NCBI GenBank assembly: GCA_004431415.1
Contig: QPMI01000470.1
Span: forward strand, 310,001-374,000
Reading direction: 5' to 3'
Origin: Cyanophora paradoxa CCMP329
Taxonomy: Eukaryota > Plantae > Glaucophyta
DNA length: 64,000 bases
Numbering within the stretch: position 1 is the stretch's first letter; each line of letters starts with the position of its first letter. Below are positions 30,631 to 43,488 of this stretch, one piece after another. Below the pieces are notes generated by a model that was not told the DNA's origin, made no database searches, and was given only the letters and a program-made list of their open reading frames with translations. The position numbers and the translations under genes were made by a program.

Positions 30631-33600
30631 GTTGCACAAGTCTCGGAGAAGCGAGTTCGCAATTTCGCATAGAGGCTCGCTTGCGACATTGTACGCATTC
30701 AGTGTGTACCCCCCGCTTATAGTAATCTGAATGCACACGCAGACCGGAAATCTCGGATCAATTGCACCAATGTCGATTTCATTGAAATCTAGATGGGGCT
30801 AATGTATACGTAGCTGGCTTACCCCGGTTCCGCCGTAGGCATCTGTTTGCGCTGCGACTCGCATGTAAAAACCAGCGGGAAAGTAGGAGGCTTCGAATCG
30901 ATAAAGTAACGGTATTTGAATAATTAAACTGAGTCTGCAATCGTGCAGCCACATCAAATTCATGAAGATATATGCTCACAGGGTATGCGTACCCTGGAGC
31001 GATGTATGCGGTGATTGAATTCGAGTCGGGGCATTCGAGTCTTGGTTCGAAAACGGGTTTTCCGATGCCTCCTCTTTGAACCTGAAGCGCTCAGATTCGT
31101 GATCACGCGTACGGTGGGGTCGCGATATCCATGATTTTGACTCAATGCATTTTGCGCACGACTCCATAATCAGGACTTTTGTCGGAATAAGGGCTGTAAA
31201 TACCCTGCTTGTAGTAGATTCCCCTGTATTCCAAATTTGAACCCAGTGTGTCAGAACAATCGCGAGTCCATTGCACTCTATAGCTAGATCTAACGTGGCG
31301 CGCACATGTAAAGTTCTTCAGATTGCATGCGAACGTCGAGGTACGCGATAATTGGTGTTCTCAACTCGAACTCAACTTTACCTGTAACGCCGAGGAACGC
31401 CACAAGATCGATCTGGTCAGGAAATGCGCCATCCATTGCGATCAGATCTACATGCAGAATTCGCGTAAACATCATGCGCGAAGCTTGAAGTGAAACTCGC
31501 CTTCGCGCCGGCAAGATTCGGGGAAGTCGAGAATGGAATAATCGGAATCAATGGAAAAAGACTGCGGAAATAGCTGAGAATGGCCGTGTGAAGCTTTAAG
31601 GACACACAAATATGTTGGTTACTCAAACGAAATTTCTGCAAATACCTCATCGTGAGCTTCCAGTCCATTCGAAAAATAAAATCTATACCAAGACCGATGT
31701 CGAAATATATGCTTGGGCGCTCCCATTTGCGCTCTTCCGACCAGAAATCCACTGTAAACGCGACTTTGACCTCGAGCTGCAGATAGATCGACATCTCGAC
31801 CGAGCAGGGATCGCACTGGAGAGTCACTCCTCCGCCGAACGTATTTCTATATGGAAAGTTCTTATCTGCTCGCAAACAACACGCATGGTGTAAGCGTAAG
31901 CTTTTCCAGATGCAGGCGCTGGCGCGGCTCTTTCTTGTTACGACTGAGTCGCGGTTGCGCACTGATTGCGTACGGAAACCGATATCGCATGACTGGAAAT
32001 TCGATCTCGTACGTCCAAAGTAGCGAACGCAATCTTTCAAGCTGTTGCCGTCGGACATCACTGCTTCCGGATCCTGAATCTTGATTACTGGCGTTAACGT
32101 TCACGTTGTGCATGCTCTCTTCATTTTCCAAGTGGTCCGGGTTTGAATATGTGTCCGTTTCTTCGAAGGGAGTACTAGTGTCCACAAAGAGCTGGATGTG
32201 GGCGGCATAAAACAGGTCCTATAGCGTTGACAAATGAGTTGCACGTGCGAGTACTAGTGTATCACGCGAAAATGATATATATATAGCCCTGGTCGAACCG
32301 TGAAAAGCACTGGGATGGAGCCAACTGCTATGGAAGCCTCCGTAGCACTCGTGCTCGAGCTCCGGATTGATATCCGGTCAGGTTCGTACGTGTGTTGTAG
32401 AACAGCCGGAACATGCGTGACTCGTCGGATGATGCTTTGGAGCTCTAGATCTCCGTTACCGGCGCAGTTGTGTTCGCCACCAGAGCTGAGCAGCGCCCCT
32501 GGAGTCCACGCGCCGATGGCGTCCGCCGCCGGGGAAGGCCAGCGCGTCCGGAAAATGAGGCGATGCGGCTCGCACTCGATGGACAGAAGCCCGGGTGCAG
32601 CAGCGAAGACGTCGTCCAGGTGGATGCGTTCCTTGCGGGACTGCACGGCGTATCGCAGCATGGCCGCCACAGGCTCAGGCTCTGGCTCTGGCTCCTCGGA
32701 ATCGCGATCGGAGTCCTCGGAACGCGCGCGATCTCGTTGCGTGGATCCATGGGCCCGTCTACGCCGTTCGCTCGTGCTGTTGTGTCTGGTGCCCGCGTGT
32801 GCGTGGTTGCAAAAGCGGGCCCTCGTTCCCACTGGGTGGCGTATGGTTTCTTCGAAGACTTGCCACGGAGCTGAGGGATGGAAATGCATCTGCTCCGCAT
32901 GATCATGATCACGATGATCATCAGCCGTAGTGGCCCCATTTGGGCCTGTGTGGTTCTTTGATCGATATCCTAACCGTGTGGACAGTTAACCGAAAAAGAG
33001 GCGTTCGTGCTTATGTTGAGTTTAGAGACGCCAAGAGTTGCGGAGGCGAGCGCTGCAGGGGCGGGGATGCAACTTGAATCACTTGAACGTTTCCCCAGCT
33101 CGAGCTCGCGATCGAAAGGGTGCGAGGGACGACGATGCTGAGAAGCGTGCATCAATTCATCAAAGGTTATCCGCGGCCGGCGGCTATCCTGCGAGCTCGG
33201 GTCACTTACGCTTGCGTGCGCTCTTGATCTTGATTCGGATCTGGCCTTATAACCACCACTGCTGGCATCCTGATTATAATGAGACTCATCGCCCTCGAAG
33301 GTCTCGTCTGCAGTGTAGTGCATGTTGGTTTGGCATGTACGTTCCGCGCGCCAGACGCTGTCAAAGTGCTTCTTTACTCGCGCATTTTCCTCCATATCAA
33401 AGGGTCTTCTGGCGAATGCCGGAGTATCTCTATACGACCGCACGGTGCGATGCCGCGCTCCAAAGCCAGGTGGAGTGCTCGTTCGCGTTCCTTGACGAGA
33501 GCGAGAGTCTGCAGTCACGAGAACTTAGTCAGATCGATGTCGATCTTATATATCTGCCTGTTCATAAATTGCATTAGTTGAGTGCCTGTGCGCGCACCGC

Positions 33601-33784
33601 GACTGGTGCCAGCTGCAGCGGAGTCGTGATGAGGTTTGCTGAAGCCTGACGTGTGCCTTTTTGAAGCGGTTGCAGCAACTGACATGCATATGTGCAGAAG
33701 GAGGCACAATTGCAAGCCGATTGACACACACATGACCGCGGCCGAGGTTCGCATGCGAGGCGCGCGCATCGCTTTGGATTTCAT
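30631..33784 (-). CDS. 5' part of the large host surface-protein gene interrupted by the virus
   Basis: Signal-like N-terminus (VMCVSIGLQLCLLLHICMSVAATA) and beta-rich exons. The exon starting at 30726 (cag|ITISGGYTLNAY...LLRDL) continues in frame across the excised element as [12 protein letters not shown]. The start codon is uncertain. Confidence 0.65.
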
Positions 33785-36249
33785 GCTCGCGACACTATAC
33801 ATGCTACGTATACGTTTGAGCGATGCAGATAACAGCCGCTGAGCGATGCACGTGAGCTGCCGCTGGGCCACGAAATAGGCGGGCGCCGGGCGCCCGGCGC
33901 CGGCAAGCCTTATACTGTACTGCAGCGGTACTACGGTACTACCGGGTAGTGCTTGATCTTCTGGCGCCGGCAGTGGGCATGTACTCATTGTAATATCGTA
34001 AATCGTACTACGGTAGTGCGTTTACAGTACTAGTACGTCCAGGCAGCCCAATAAGGTGAGTAATTATAATCGGACTGCCTTCAGTGTCCGTCGACGTCCG
34101 ACGGTCGTCAGTGTCCGTCGACGAGAAACGCCGGCGCGACCCCGGCGGCGGATTCGGCGGCGGGCCCGGCCGGCGGTACCGGGCCGGCGGTACAGGGCCG
34201 GGATGCCCCGGATTATGCCCCCGATAATAATGCCCGGGCTCCGGAGTCCGGACTCGGGCCCGGCCCGCCGGAGCTCGAGCTCGAGGCGGTCGCGGCGGGA
34301 CTTGCTGTGGGAGCCTCTGACTCAGTGACTGCCACTGGCCAGGCTGATGAGCCTCGCGATGCGAATTCGAAATATTTACTACTTAAGAGGTTGGAATCCG
34401 TTGGATATTTATAGTATTAAAGTTCTGAAGCCTGAGTTCTATAGTTTATGATATTACTAAGTTATGATACTATAAAACCACAAACTTTATTTGAATTCGA
34501 ATTCGTGAGTCATGACTCATGATCATGAGCCGCCCGTCGACGTCGCTGGCGTCGAGCACGTGCACCCCCCCGGGCCCCTTGCACGCGCCGCGCCCACATG
34601 CACCCCGAAACCCCCTGCAGTTGCTCAAGGCTTCCGCGACCAACTTCCGGACTTAGTATACGTACTAGTGCAGGATCTGATCTTGATCCTACTCATATAT
34701 ATAGTGGGCCGTGGCCCGGGGCCGGCGCCCGGGGCCCAGGGGATCCGGAACTTGCAGATTTCGACTATAATTATAATTACGATCCGTCGACGTCGGACAA
34801 CCCAAAAATATTTCCGAAATTCGCAATGTCAAATTGAGCTGCGAGCCTGTGACTTACGCCGTCGTAGCTCGTCGGCCGCCGGGCCGAGGGGGCGCCGTAG
34901 GGGCCCGGGCCGCCCGGCACGTACGGTGCGGCACCGGGCCGCGGCCGGCGGCCTATCATTGAATTTCCGCTACCCATTCGATTTTTATACAGCACCCAAT
35001 CATGAGTTTGAATCTGACCGGGACCCCCCGCCGCGGCGCGCGCGCATGAGTCCCGCTGCTGACTCCTGCTGCTGACTCAGTGAGTCCTGCATGACTTGCA
35101 TTGACTTCGAATTCCGAGTCACGAGTCATGAATCTCCGAGTCACGAATCACGATCACGAAATCGATTCACGCACTGGCGGCATACTACCGGTATGATACG
35201 ACCGTCGACCGGTGTGACATGATACGGGTACCGGTGAGTCATGACTCACGTGCACGAATTCGAATTCGAATTTCGAAACGACGGGGAATTTGATTAACCG
35301 CCGGGTTACCGCCCTAAGCCTATCCTCGTACCGTATACGTAGTACCTTGTGCTACCCAGCTAGCGCTGCAGTGAATTTCGAAGTACCCACTGGCACCACT
35401 GCCGCAGTGCTAGCCTAGTAGGCTAGTGCTAGCCTGGCAGTGCTAGGCTGCTAGCCCACTGCTAGGCCACTGGCCAGTGGCCAACTCCGGGCCCATGGGC
35501 CATGGCCAGTGCCACGGTGGCCTGAGCCGCCTGACAACGGCTGACGTACGTATACGGTATACCTCATGAGTCCGACGGTCTTGCATGCAGCAGGAGTCTA
35601 GATCTTGCAGGAAGTTGCAGCTCTTGCTCCCGCCGGGCCGGGTCGACGTCCGGGACGGTACCGCCGTACCGGTCCGGCCGGGCGGCGCCGGCGGGCCTCC
35701 CGGAGTCCGCCGGCCCTCCGCCGCCGGACCGCCGGGCCTCCGGTCGTTTCACTTTCAGAGATTCGCATCAATGATACAAGCTTTTTTTTAAGCTGCGGTT
35801 GCTCCGTCCGGCAGTTTCATACGCAGAGTTGAATGATGTTTCGCACGCGAGTGCGGCTGGTTCAGGTTTCGCGATCCGGCAGCGACCGATTCGCGATTCG
35901 AGCCTTTTCTAGGGGAACTTTCTCTCCCCTAGAACTGCCAGCCTGTGCCAGGCTGCATCAGGCTGCCATCACTGAGTCAGTTCGACGGTCTGCATGCCGA
36001 GCTGTCCGAGGTCCATCAATGAAGTTGGCAATGAAACTGACGTCGACTTGATCATCGCCGATTCATCGGACATCAACTGGCAATCATGCACACAACACCG
36101 TATTTAAATTTAGAATCATGATCAATGAATGGATGCGCAGCTGCGAATCTCATGATCAATGCAATATCTATTAAGCTCAAACTAGCATTTGCATCCTTAT
36201 AATTATGGTTAATGTGTCTCTTAAGAGATCTATAGCTAGAGCTCGAGTC

Positions 36250-37555
36250 TGCGCCAACGAACGTACTGCGTCTCCGGCTCCAGGTCGGCCACGAACGTGC
36301 TGCCGGGCCGTCCACGTGCACGTCAGAATTGCAAGGGCGAATTCGAATTCGAAATTCGAAGGGGCGGGGCCTTCGATTCGCACTTGGCGGAGGCGCGGAA
36401 GGCCTCGACGAGGGGGTCGGGGGCGACGCCGGCGCCCCAGATGCACGTCCCGAAGGGCAGCGTCCCCGCCTGCACGGCGCCCGTCGCGTGGTACGTCGTT
36501 TCGAACGCCAGCTCGTCAGAACCGAAATTCGCACGTCAGATCCAACCGAAATTCGCACGTCAGATTGAATTTCGCGCACGGGCCCGGGTGCGCGATTTCG
36601 CGCCGGGGGCCAGGGCGGCGAACGCGCGTGTTGAGGTGGACGTCGACGCCGAGCTTGCGGTAGCGCTCGAAGGCCACCTCCCGCAGCTTCTTCTTGAACT
36701 ACGCGGCCGGGCCGTGGTCAGCCAGCGCGCGCGCGGCGGAAGATTCGAATTCACCGCGAAATTCGCCACAGCGTTCGAATTCGTCGAACGTCGAGCGCCT
36801 GCGGCGGCCGCGGGATCGAAGGCCACAATCACGGAATATATTGTATAGCTAGTAGATTTCGCGGATGCGAGATTGTTTTCACGGCAGTCGCATTTGAGTA
36901 CTCGACTTCGAACTCGACGTCCGCGTCTGTCTTGATCTTGTAGGCGTCCTTCGCCGTCGGCCGGCAGCGCACCAGCTGCCCGCCCGCCCGCCGGCGCCCG
37001 TCAGTCTCAGTCTGGCCCCGTGTGGCGGTGCGAGCCCAAGGCCTAGGGCCTTTGAATCCAGCTTGCCTTGCCGACGGGGGTCGACGGCTTCGTAGTACGT
37101 CGCGTGTGGCTGCGCCTTGTACATGTGGATCGGTTCGACGATCTGCGGCGCGGTAGCGACCGCGATCGGGATCAGGAGAAGCCGCTGGCCGATCGCGACG
37201 CGGGTGAAGCTTAAGAGTGGCGCTCACCGATCGGAACTCGACGGACCCGGCCCGACCGCAGACGCAGGGACTCAGGGAGGAGGGGCGTGAAGACGAAGCT
37301 GAGCGGCGAGGCGATCGCGAAGAGTCGGAAAACTCGACGAACTCGAAAACGGCGCGCGCGATCGCACAACCGTCGGACGTCGGTCATGCTCGGGTCGAGA
37401 TCCTTGGCAATCGCGTGGCCTGCGGTCCGGGGGCGTTGGCTTTTATTTCGTTCAAGATTCGAACGAGCCTCGGATCCCCCGGAGCTCGAGGCCGTTAACG
37501 AAATCGAAGAAAACGGACCGCCCCAGCCCGTGCCGAGGATGACGACGCGTTGCAT
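36250..37555 (-). pseudogene. Degenerate type II NAD(P)H dehydrogenase (NDH-2) fragment
   Basis: Recognisable pieces: RVVILGTGWGG, FVFTPLLP, VEFRS..IVEPI, EFEVEY, FKKKLREVAFERYRKLGVDVHLNTRV and LPFGTCIWGAGV. The frames are broken and the central GGGxxGxE dinucleotide-binding block is absent. Confidence 0.75.
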
Positions 37556-38574
37556 TTCCCCGCGGAAGACGCGCGGCCGCTGGCCTGCTCATGTTCACTG
37601 AGGCCTGCTCGCAATTAATATGATGAGCTGATATTAATATGAATCCGATGCAAGCGCCACTGGACCGTGCATTCGCTCACGACCAGCGATATCTATCGTG
37701 AATCATTAATATTAATTTTAGCTTGGTCGCGCATGCGCACAGGCACTGCGGCTGGGCGACGCCCTTGCGGCCGTACGCGCGTGCTCGAGGAAGTGCCACG
37801 CGTACGGTAATCCACAGCGCTCTGGTACACGGAGAGACCTTCACGGCGCGCGCGTCAGAAGAAGGCTAGGGTAATTGTAGAATAATTTATTTCGCTCATG
37901 ATCACCTGTTTGGCGTTGGAGATTGCCTGCTCTTCTGCGGCCTTCTTCGAGGGATGTGACGACGGCGTCGGCGTGGAGTCGCCGAGTCGAACCGGTACCA
38001 CTCCGCCGACGCCGACGGCGCCGGCTGCGCTGCAGCTGCCTCGCGCGGGCGGCAAAGGTTCGACCACGGCCGGCGAAGAACTCGCGCGCGGCGGCTCCCG
38101 GAGTCCGCAAGGCTCCGCAAGGCTCCGATATCGACATTAAAATATCGACGCCCTTGCAATTAATCATGAGCTCGAATATAGCTGCCATCAGTGCGGCAAG
38201 CAGCTGCAGCTGCCGGGCGCGCCGGCGCCGTTGCCACCGGCAATTAACGACGCGTACTTGTCTTTCGCTTGTACTAGTTCCTGTGATCATCGGATATGGA
38301 TTCATATGCGCACGCATGATCACGGCCTGTTTCTTCTGATTTAACGTTTGTCTCAGAGTCTTGCACAAAGATCCCTGCAAGACTTCATCTTCAAAAGGCT
38401 TCTGTGCACGTGTTAACGTTCTTATGCTCACTTTCCGAAATTAAGAAAATTCGGTTCGGCCGCCGGGCCGCCTGTTAATTCCCTGTTCCGAACATGTGCA
38501 AAGTTCGAAGCACGTCGCACTAAACTGATTCACTGAACTTACACTGCGACAAGACATTGGCTCCTAGTAGCCTC

Positions 38575-40915
38575 CTACGCGGGCTCTGCAGGCGCATGCG
38601 GCACGGCCGCCGGCACCGGCGCCGGCGGCCGCGCGCGGAGCAGCCGCTCGCGCAGCTCCCGCTCGCGTTCCAGGCCGCCCTCCGGGGGCGCGGGGGCTGA
38701 GGGCGGCCCGGGGGCCCCAGACAGGCCCAAGCCGTGGCCAGAGAGGAGCCGATGCGCCGCCGCCGGGTCGGGGGGAGGGGGGTACGCAGCGGCAGACGAG
38801 GGGCCTAAGCCCGAGAGGAGCCGCTGAGCCGCCGCCGGGTCGGGGGGAGGGGGGTACGCAGCGGCAGACGAGGGGCCTAAGCTCGAGAGGAGCCGCTGAG
38901 CCGCCGCCGGGTCGGGGGGAGGGGGGTACGCAGCGGCAGACGAGGGGCCTGAGCCCGATAGAAGCCGCTGCGCCGCCGCCGGGTCGGGGGGAGGGGGATA
39001 CGCAGCGGCAGACGAGGGGCCTAAGCCCGAGAGGAGCCGCTGCGCGGCCGCCGGGTCGGGGGGAGGGGGGTACGCAGAAGCAGATGAGGGGGTCGCGGCT
39101 GGGGAGTCGAGTGGACAGGAGGAGCGGGAGGGGGAAACGCTGGAAGGGGTACCGGAGGGATACGGGGGCCGAACGGGGCGCCTGGCCGTAAGCGCGTCGA
39201 CCCCGGGGGGGTACCACCGCGGCCGCTTGGCCGCGGGGCGGGGCTGGGAGCCCCATTCAGGCGCGGGGCGGGGAGGGGCGGCCGCGGCGGGGCTTGCCGG
39301 CTCGCAGCGGCGTTCGGAGGGCGCAGGGGAGGAGGGAGACGCAGCATCGGAACTGACTGCCTCCGGCAATGGCTCAGGCTGGCACTGAGGTCGAGGCGGA
39401 GGCTGAGGTTCAGGCGGGCGGGGAGGGGGGGACGGCGGCCGGTCGGGGACCAGGGAAGTCCGCGCGGGGCCCCCACGGGCGATCCCCACGGGTTGCGGCA
39501 GCCACCGCGGCCGCTTCGGGCGAGGCTGCGGACCGCTGTGGGGAGGGGCCCCGCCGGCGCTGGGGGGTACCCCGCTTTCGCTGGGGGGGCGAGGAGGCGA
39601 CGGGGACCGGTCGTGGCCGGTTGGGGGGTACGGCGGCGTCGCCGAGGGCCGTGGGGCGTGCTGGAGGGGTGGGGGCTTGGAGGGGCTGTCGAGGGGCCGG
39701 TGGCCCGGGCGCCCCCGCGCCCCCCGCGAGGGTCCGGAACGGGGGTACGTGGGCGAGGGAGGTCTCGCAGAAGGGCCCGAGGGGTACGGTGGCGGCCCGC
39801 CGCGTTCGCTGGGGGGCGCGGGCCCGGAGGAGCGGGGGCTGGGGGATACGCGATCGGTGCGCCCCGACCCCAAGCAGGGAGAAGAGGAGGGAGACGCGGG
39901 GGAGGAGCGGACGGGGGGTACCGGGTCGGCGCCCGGCGTGGCGGGAGCGACGGGCTCGCGGGGAGGGGAGGCGGGGCAGGGGGCCGGCCGGACGGGTACG
40001 GGAGGGGCGCGGGCCTGGCGGGGCGCCCGGGGGGGAGGGGGCGGCCGGGAAGGGGGTACGTTGACCGGAAAGATCCGCTGGGGGGCTACGCTCAGTACCT
40101 CCACCCCGCAGGGAACGTCACCGGACGGCGGAGGCTCCGCGAGCTCCTGGGAGGGGTACATCGCCGGCATGGCGATGGGGGGGTACGGATCGCTCTCGTC
40201 GGGAAAGGAGGGGGCGGGCGAGCCGGGCTCGAAAGGAGCGTCCTCCGAAGGCTCCGAGGAGGGCGGGCCGGGGTAGGGTACGATTGCGCCGCTCCGGGGG
40301 GAGAGGGGCGGGCCCTCCGGGGGCCGTGACGGGTCTGGGGGCGTCGAGCCGGTGGACGCGCCGTTATCGTCCAAGGGACGGCCGGCGGCCCCGCCGCGGC
40401 CTCCGCGCCGCCCATGGCGCCCGTGCCCACCTCGCCAGCCGCCGCGCCGCAGATCCCCGTACCGGCTGGGCTGCGCCGGCGGTTCCGGCGGACCGTACGG
40501 CACGCCAAACTTGACCTCGTTGTACCACTGCTCTTCCGCAACGCGCTCGCGCTCGTACGGAGGCGGCGGCCGCTCCGACCGCGTTGGCGCTGCACGGCCG
40601 GTCGGCGGGTCGCGCGGCGGCGCGTGAAAAAACCTCAGGAAACTCACCACCGCGATCGCTGGAGACCCCCGCAGCGCCTCCGTCACCGCCGCGCTCGCTG
40701 GAGACCCCGCTAGGCCCGCGCGGGATCTCGGGCGACGTCGCTCGCTGAGGCAGCGCGCTGCAGGCGAGGTTACTGGAAGGAACGGGCCCTAATTCAGCAC
40801 CAGGAATGGCGCCCGCTGCGCACCGTTGGCGCTGTTGCCGCGGCACTCGCACGCCATCCTCTTCGAGCACCCCCTCGAGCTCGCACTCGTCCGGCTCGCG
40901 CCACCGCTTGCTCAT
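38575..40915 (-). CDS. Proline-rich, apparently intron-poor protein of unknown function
   Basis: A 703-codon open frame (38575..40686) is preceded by MSKRWREPDECELEG in another frame (ATG 40915), which needs a frameshift or intron to join. It is low complexity, with no recognised domain. Confidence 0.4.
38741..39092. repeat. 72-bp tandem repeat, ~5 copies (PSSAAAYPPPPDPAAAQRLLSGLG on the minus strand)
   Basis: gagaggagccg-type unit starts recur at ~38741, 38813, 38885, 38957 and 39029. Confidence 0.9.
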
Positions 40916-40998
40916 GCTGGCTCGTGCATGCGCTCTTCTCGCTCCGCGTGTTTCGTCTGGTTCGCCCGGGTACGACCGCACGACAAGTTCGCAACGAA

Positions 40999-42413
40999 AT
41001 GCTGGGACGCCTAGCCGCCGCCTCCGTCAGCCGGGCCGCTCTGCGGCTGACGAGGCCATGCTCGGCAGCACGCATACAGGCCGCCGCGACGGGTGCTCCG
41101 CGCCCGCCGCGCCGCCGTCCGCGCGTGACGTTCCGCCGCAGCGCGTGCGGCGTACTCGACGGCCGGCGGCCCCACACCGGGATCTAGCTCCGGTTCCAGC
41201 TCTGGCTCTGGCTCCGGCTCCAGCGCGCCGGTCAAGGAGCTCTCCGCATCGACGAAGCAGGTGGGCGATGCGACGTCATGCGCCCCGCCCCGCTCCGCCG
41301 AGCCCGACGCCGACGCTGCGCGCAGGCGAACCGCATGACACTCCTCTCCGTTCTCATGTTCGGCGCTGTGAGCGGCGGCCTGTATTACGTCTTCCACGAC
41401 GAGAAGAAGCAGGTCGACGAGCACCGCACAGGCGAGCGAGCGAGCGAGCGGGAGCGCGCGCCGCCGCCGTGTGGCGCGGTGCTAACGTACATATGCACGC
41501 GCGCGCGCTCGCGCAGGCGTTCGCTCGACGGGCGCCCCGGCTCTCGGCGGACGCTTCCAGCTTCTCGACCATTACGGCCGCACCGTCACGGTTCCCGACT
41601 CGTACCTCGGCGACTGGCTTTTGATCTACTTCGGCTTCACGAACTGTCCGGATATCTGCCCCGACGAGCTCGAGAAGCTCAGCCAGGCTGTCGACATCAT
41701 CGGCGCGCCGCGCCCGCCCGCCCGCCGCGCCCGCCGGCTCGTGCCGCGGCCGCCTGACGCGCGGCGCGGCGCAGACTTGGACGAGAAGCTGGGTCCCCGA
41801 GTCGTGCCTATGTTCATCTCAATCGACCCCGCGCGCGACACTGTGACGCAGGTCGCCACCTACGTCAAGGGCGCGTTCTCGCGTACCCCCCTTCCAGCGC
41901 CCCCCGCCGCGCGCTCACGCGCCCGCAGAGTTTCACCCGCGGATGGTGGGCCTCACGGGTACAGTGGAGCAGGTCCGCGAGGCCGCCAAGGCGTACCGCG
42001 TCTACTTCTCGAAGGGTCCGTAACCCTCCCCCCCCGCTTTTTGCCCCCTCCACGCGTCGAGAATCCTGGGTACAGGCGAGGTCGTCGGGGAAGATTACCT
42101 GGTCGACCACTCGATCATCATGTACCTCGTCGACCCCGAGGGTACCCGAATTCCGGTTATGGTTCTCAAAGTCCGGGTTCGATTCCCCTCGCAGGCAATT
42201 TCAAGGAGTACTTCGGCAAGAGCTACACTGCCCCGCAGATGGCATCGAAGGTGCGCGGGTCCCCATTCTTAAGCCCCGGACGCGTTTGAATTCGATCCGA
42301 ATTCGATCCGGCAGATCGCGTACCTGATCCGCCAGCGGGAGTCCGAGCGCCCCTTCATGGACCGCGTGAGGGACTGGATCCAGCGCCGCTACACGCCCAA
42401 GGCCCCGACCTAG
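40999..42413 (+). CDS. SCO1: SCO1/SenC cytochrome c oxidase copper chaperone (multi-exon)
   Basis: Transit-like N-terminus, a TM helix, [19 protein letters not shown] (CxxxC), [30 protein letters not shown] and [17 protein letters not shown]. Confidence 0.95.
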
Positions 42414-42655
42414 GTTTGGACTTCGCCAGGCCAAGTGGCTGCAGCTCTTGGAATTCGAATTCAAAATCGAATTCGGCCGCGGCGCATGGACGGGGCGCTG
42501 GCGCGGCTGCCGGGCGCTGAGCGTGTGCTCTAAGAGGAAAGCCGGGCCGTGCGATAGGGATCCGGACGTCAAATGATGATCATCAGATATTACGGAACTC
42601 AAGCATCAAATTCATGATCAGGCTTAGCAGCGGACAGGATCGTCTGACTCTATAT

Positions 42656-43404
42656 CTACCCAAGGCGGATGATGAGGTGCAGCCCCGACTCGGTGTCGAC
42701 GACGCCGGACATCTGTCCGACCTGCGCGGCGGGGCGGCGGGGCGCTCAGGGACATCGAATTGGCGGAGGAAGGGGCTTGGCCACCTGCAGGGCGAAAGAC
42801 GCATCCTCGAACGGCTTCTGCATGTCGCCTGCGTGCGCATTCGAAAGCCATTAGACTGGAGCCCAGCCGCCGCGGCACCCAGCGGTGCGAGCCGCACCGC
42901 GCCCGAAGAAGCCGAGGTCGCCGCCCGCGCGAGCGGAGCTGCAGTCGCTCTCCGTCTTCGCCAGATCCTGAAGAGTGACCTCCCCGCGATCGATCCGGGC
43001 CTTGTGTGCTGCGGGCGCTCGAGAGCTCAAGACAAAGTTCTCGCGGGAGAGTTCCAGGATGGGGGCTCTTAGGGGAGAGGCTGGGCGTGGGACCCGGCTC
43101 ATTGTTACGTGCGTCTCTGGCGTACACGCGTACCGAGCAGAATCTGCATGGCCTCCTCTGCGGGCAGCGATCAGCGCGGCAGAAGAGGCCAACGGGAGCT
43201 GGACGGCGTGGGGTGCCGTTCGACGCGTGCTTGTCGATTCTAGAACGCCAAATGGCGCCGCAAGCCAGGACGCAGCACGCCGCAAGCCTCGCGTCAGCGC
43301 GACGAACCTTTCGAGCGGGTAATATTCTGCTCCTTCCACGACGACGGCCTCCGCGAGCCGCGGTGCTTCACTAGCAGGTGCGCACAGCGAACTTTGTCGG
43401 GCAT
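42656..43404 (-). CDS. PIN1: Pin1-type parvulin peptidyl-prolyl isomerase lacking the WW domain (multi-exon)
   Basis: [32 protein letters not shown]|EEAMQIL...[18 protein letters not shown]...[13 protein letters not shown]|..[18 protein letters not shown]. Confidence 0.93.
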
Positions 43405-43488
43405 GGTTAGAATTTGTTTGAGACGAGGGGTACAGCGCCATTTCAGACACACCTGTCGTCAAGCGGCCAACCGAGCCCCGACAACGCG

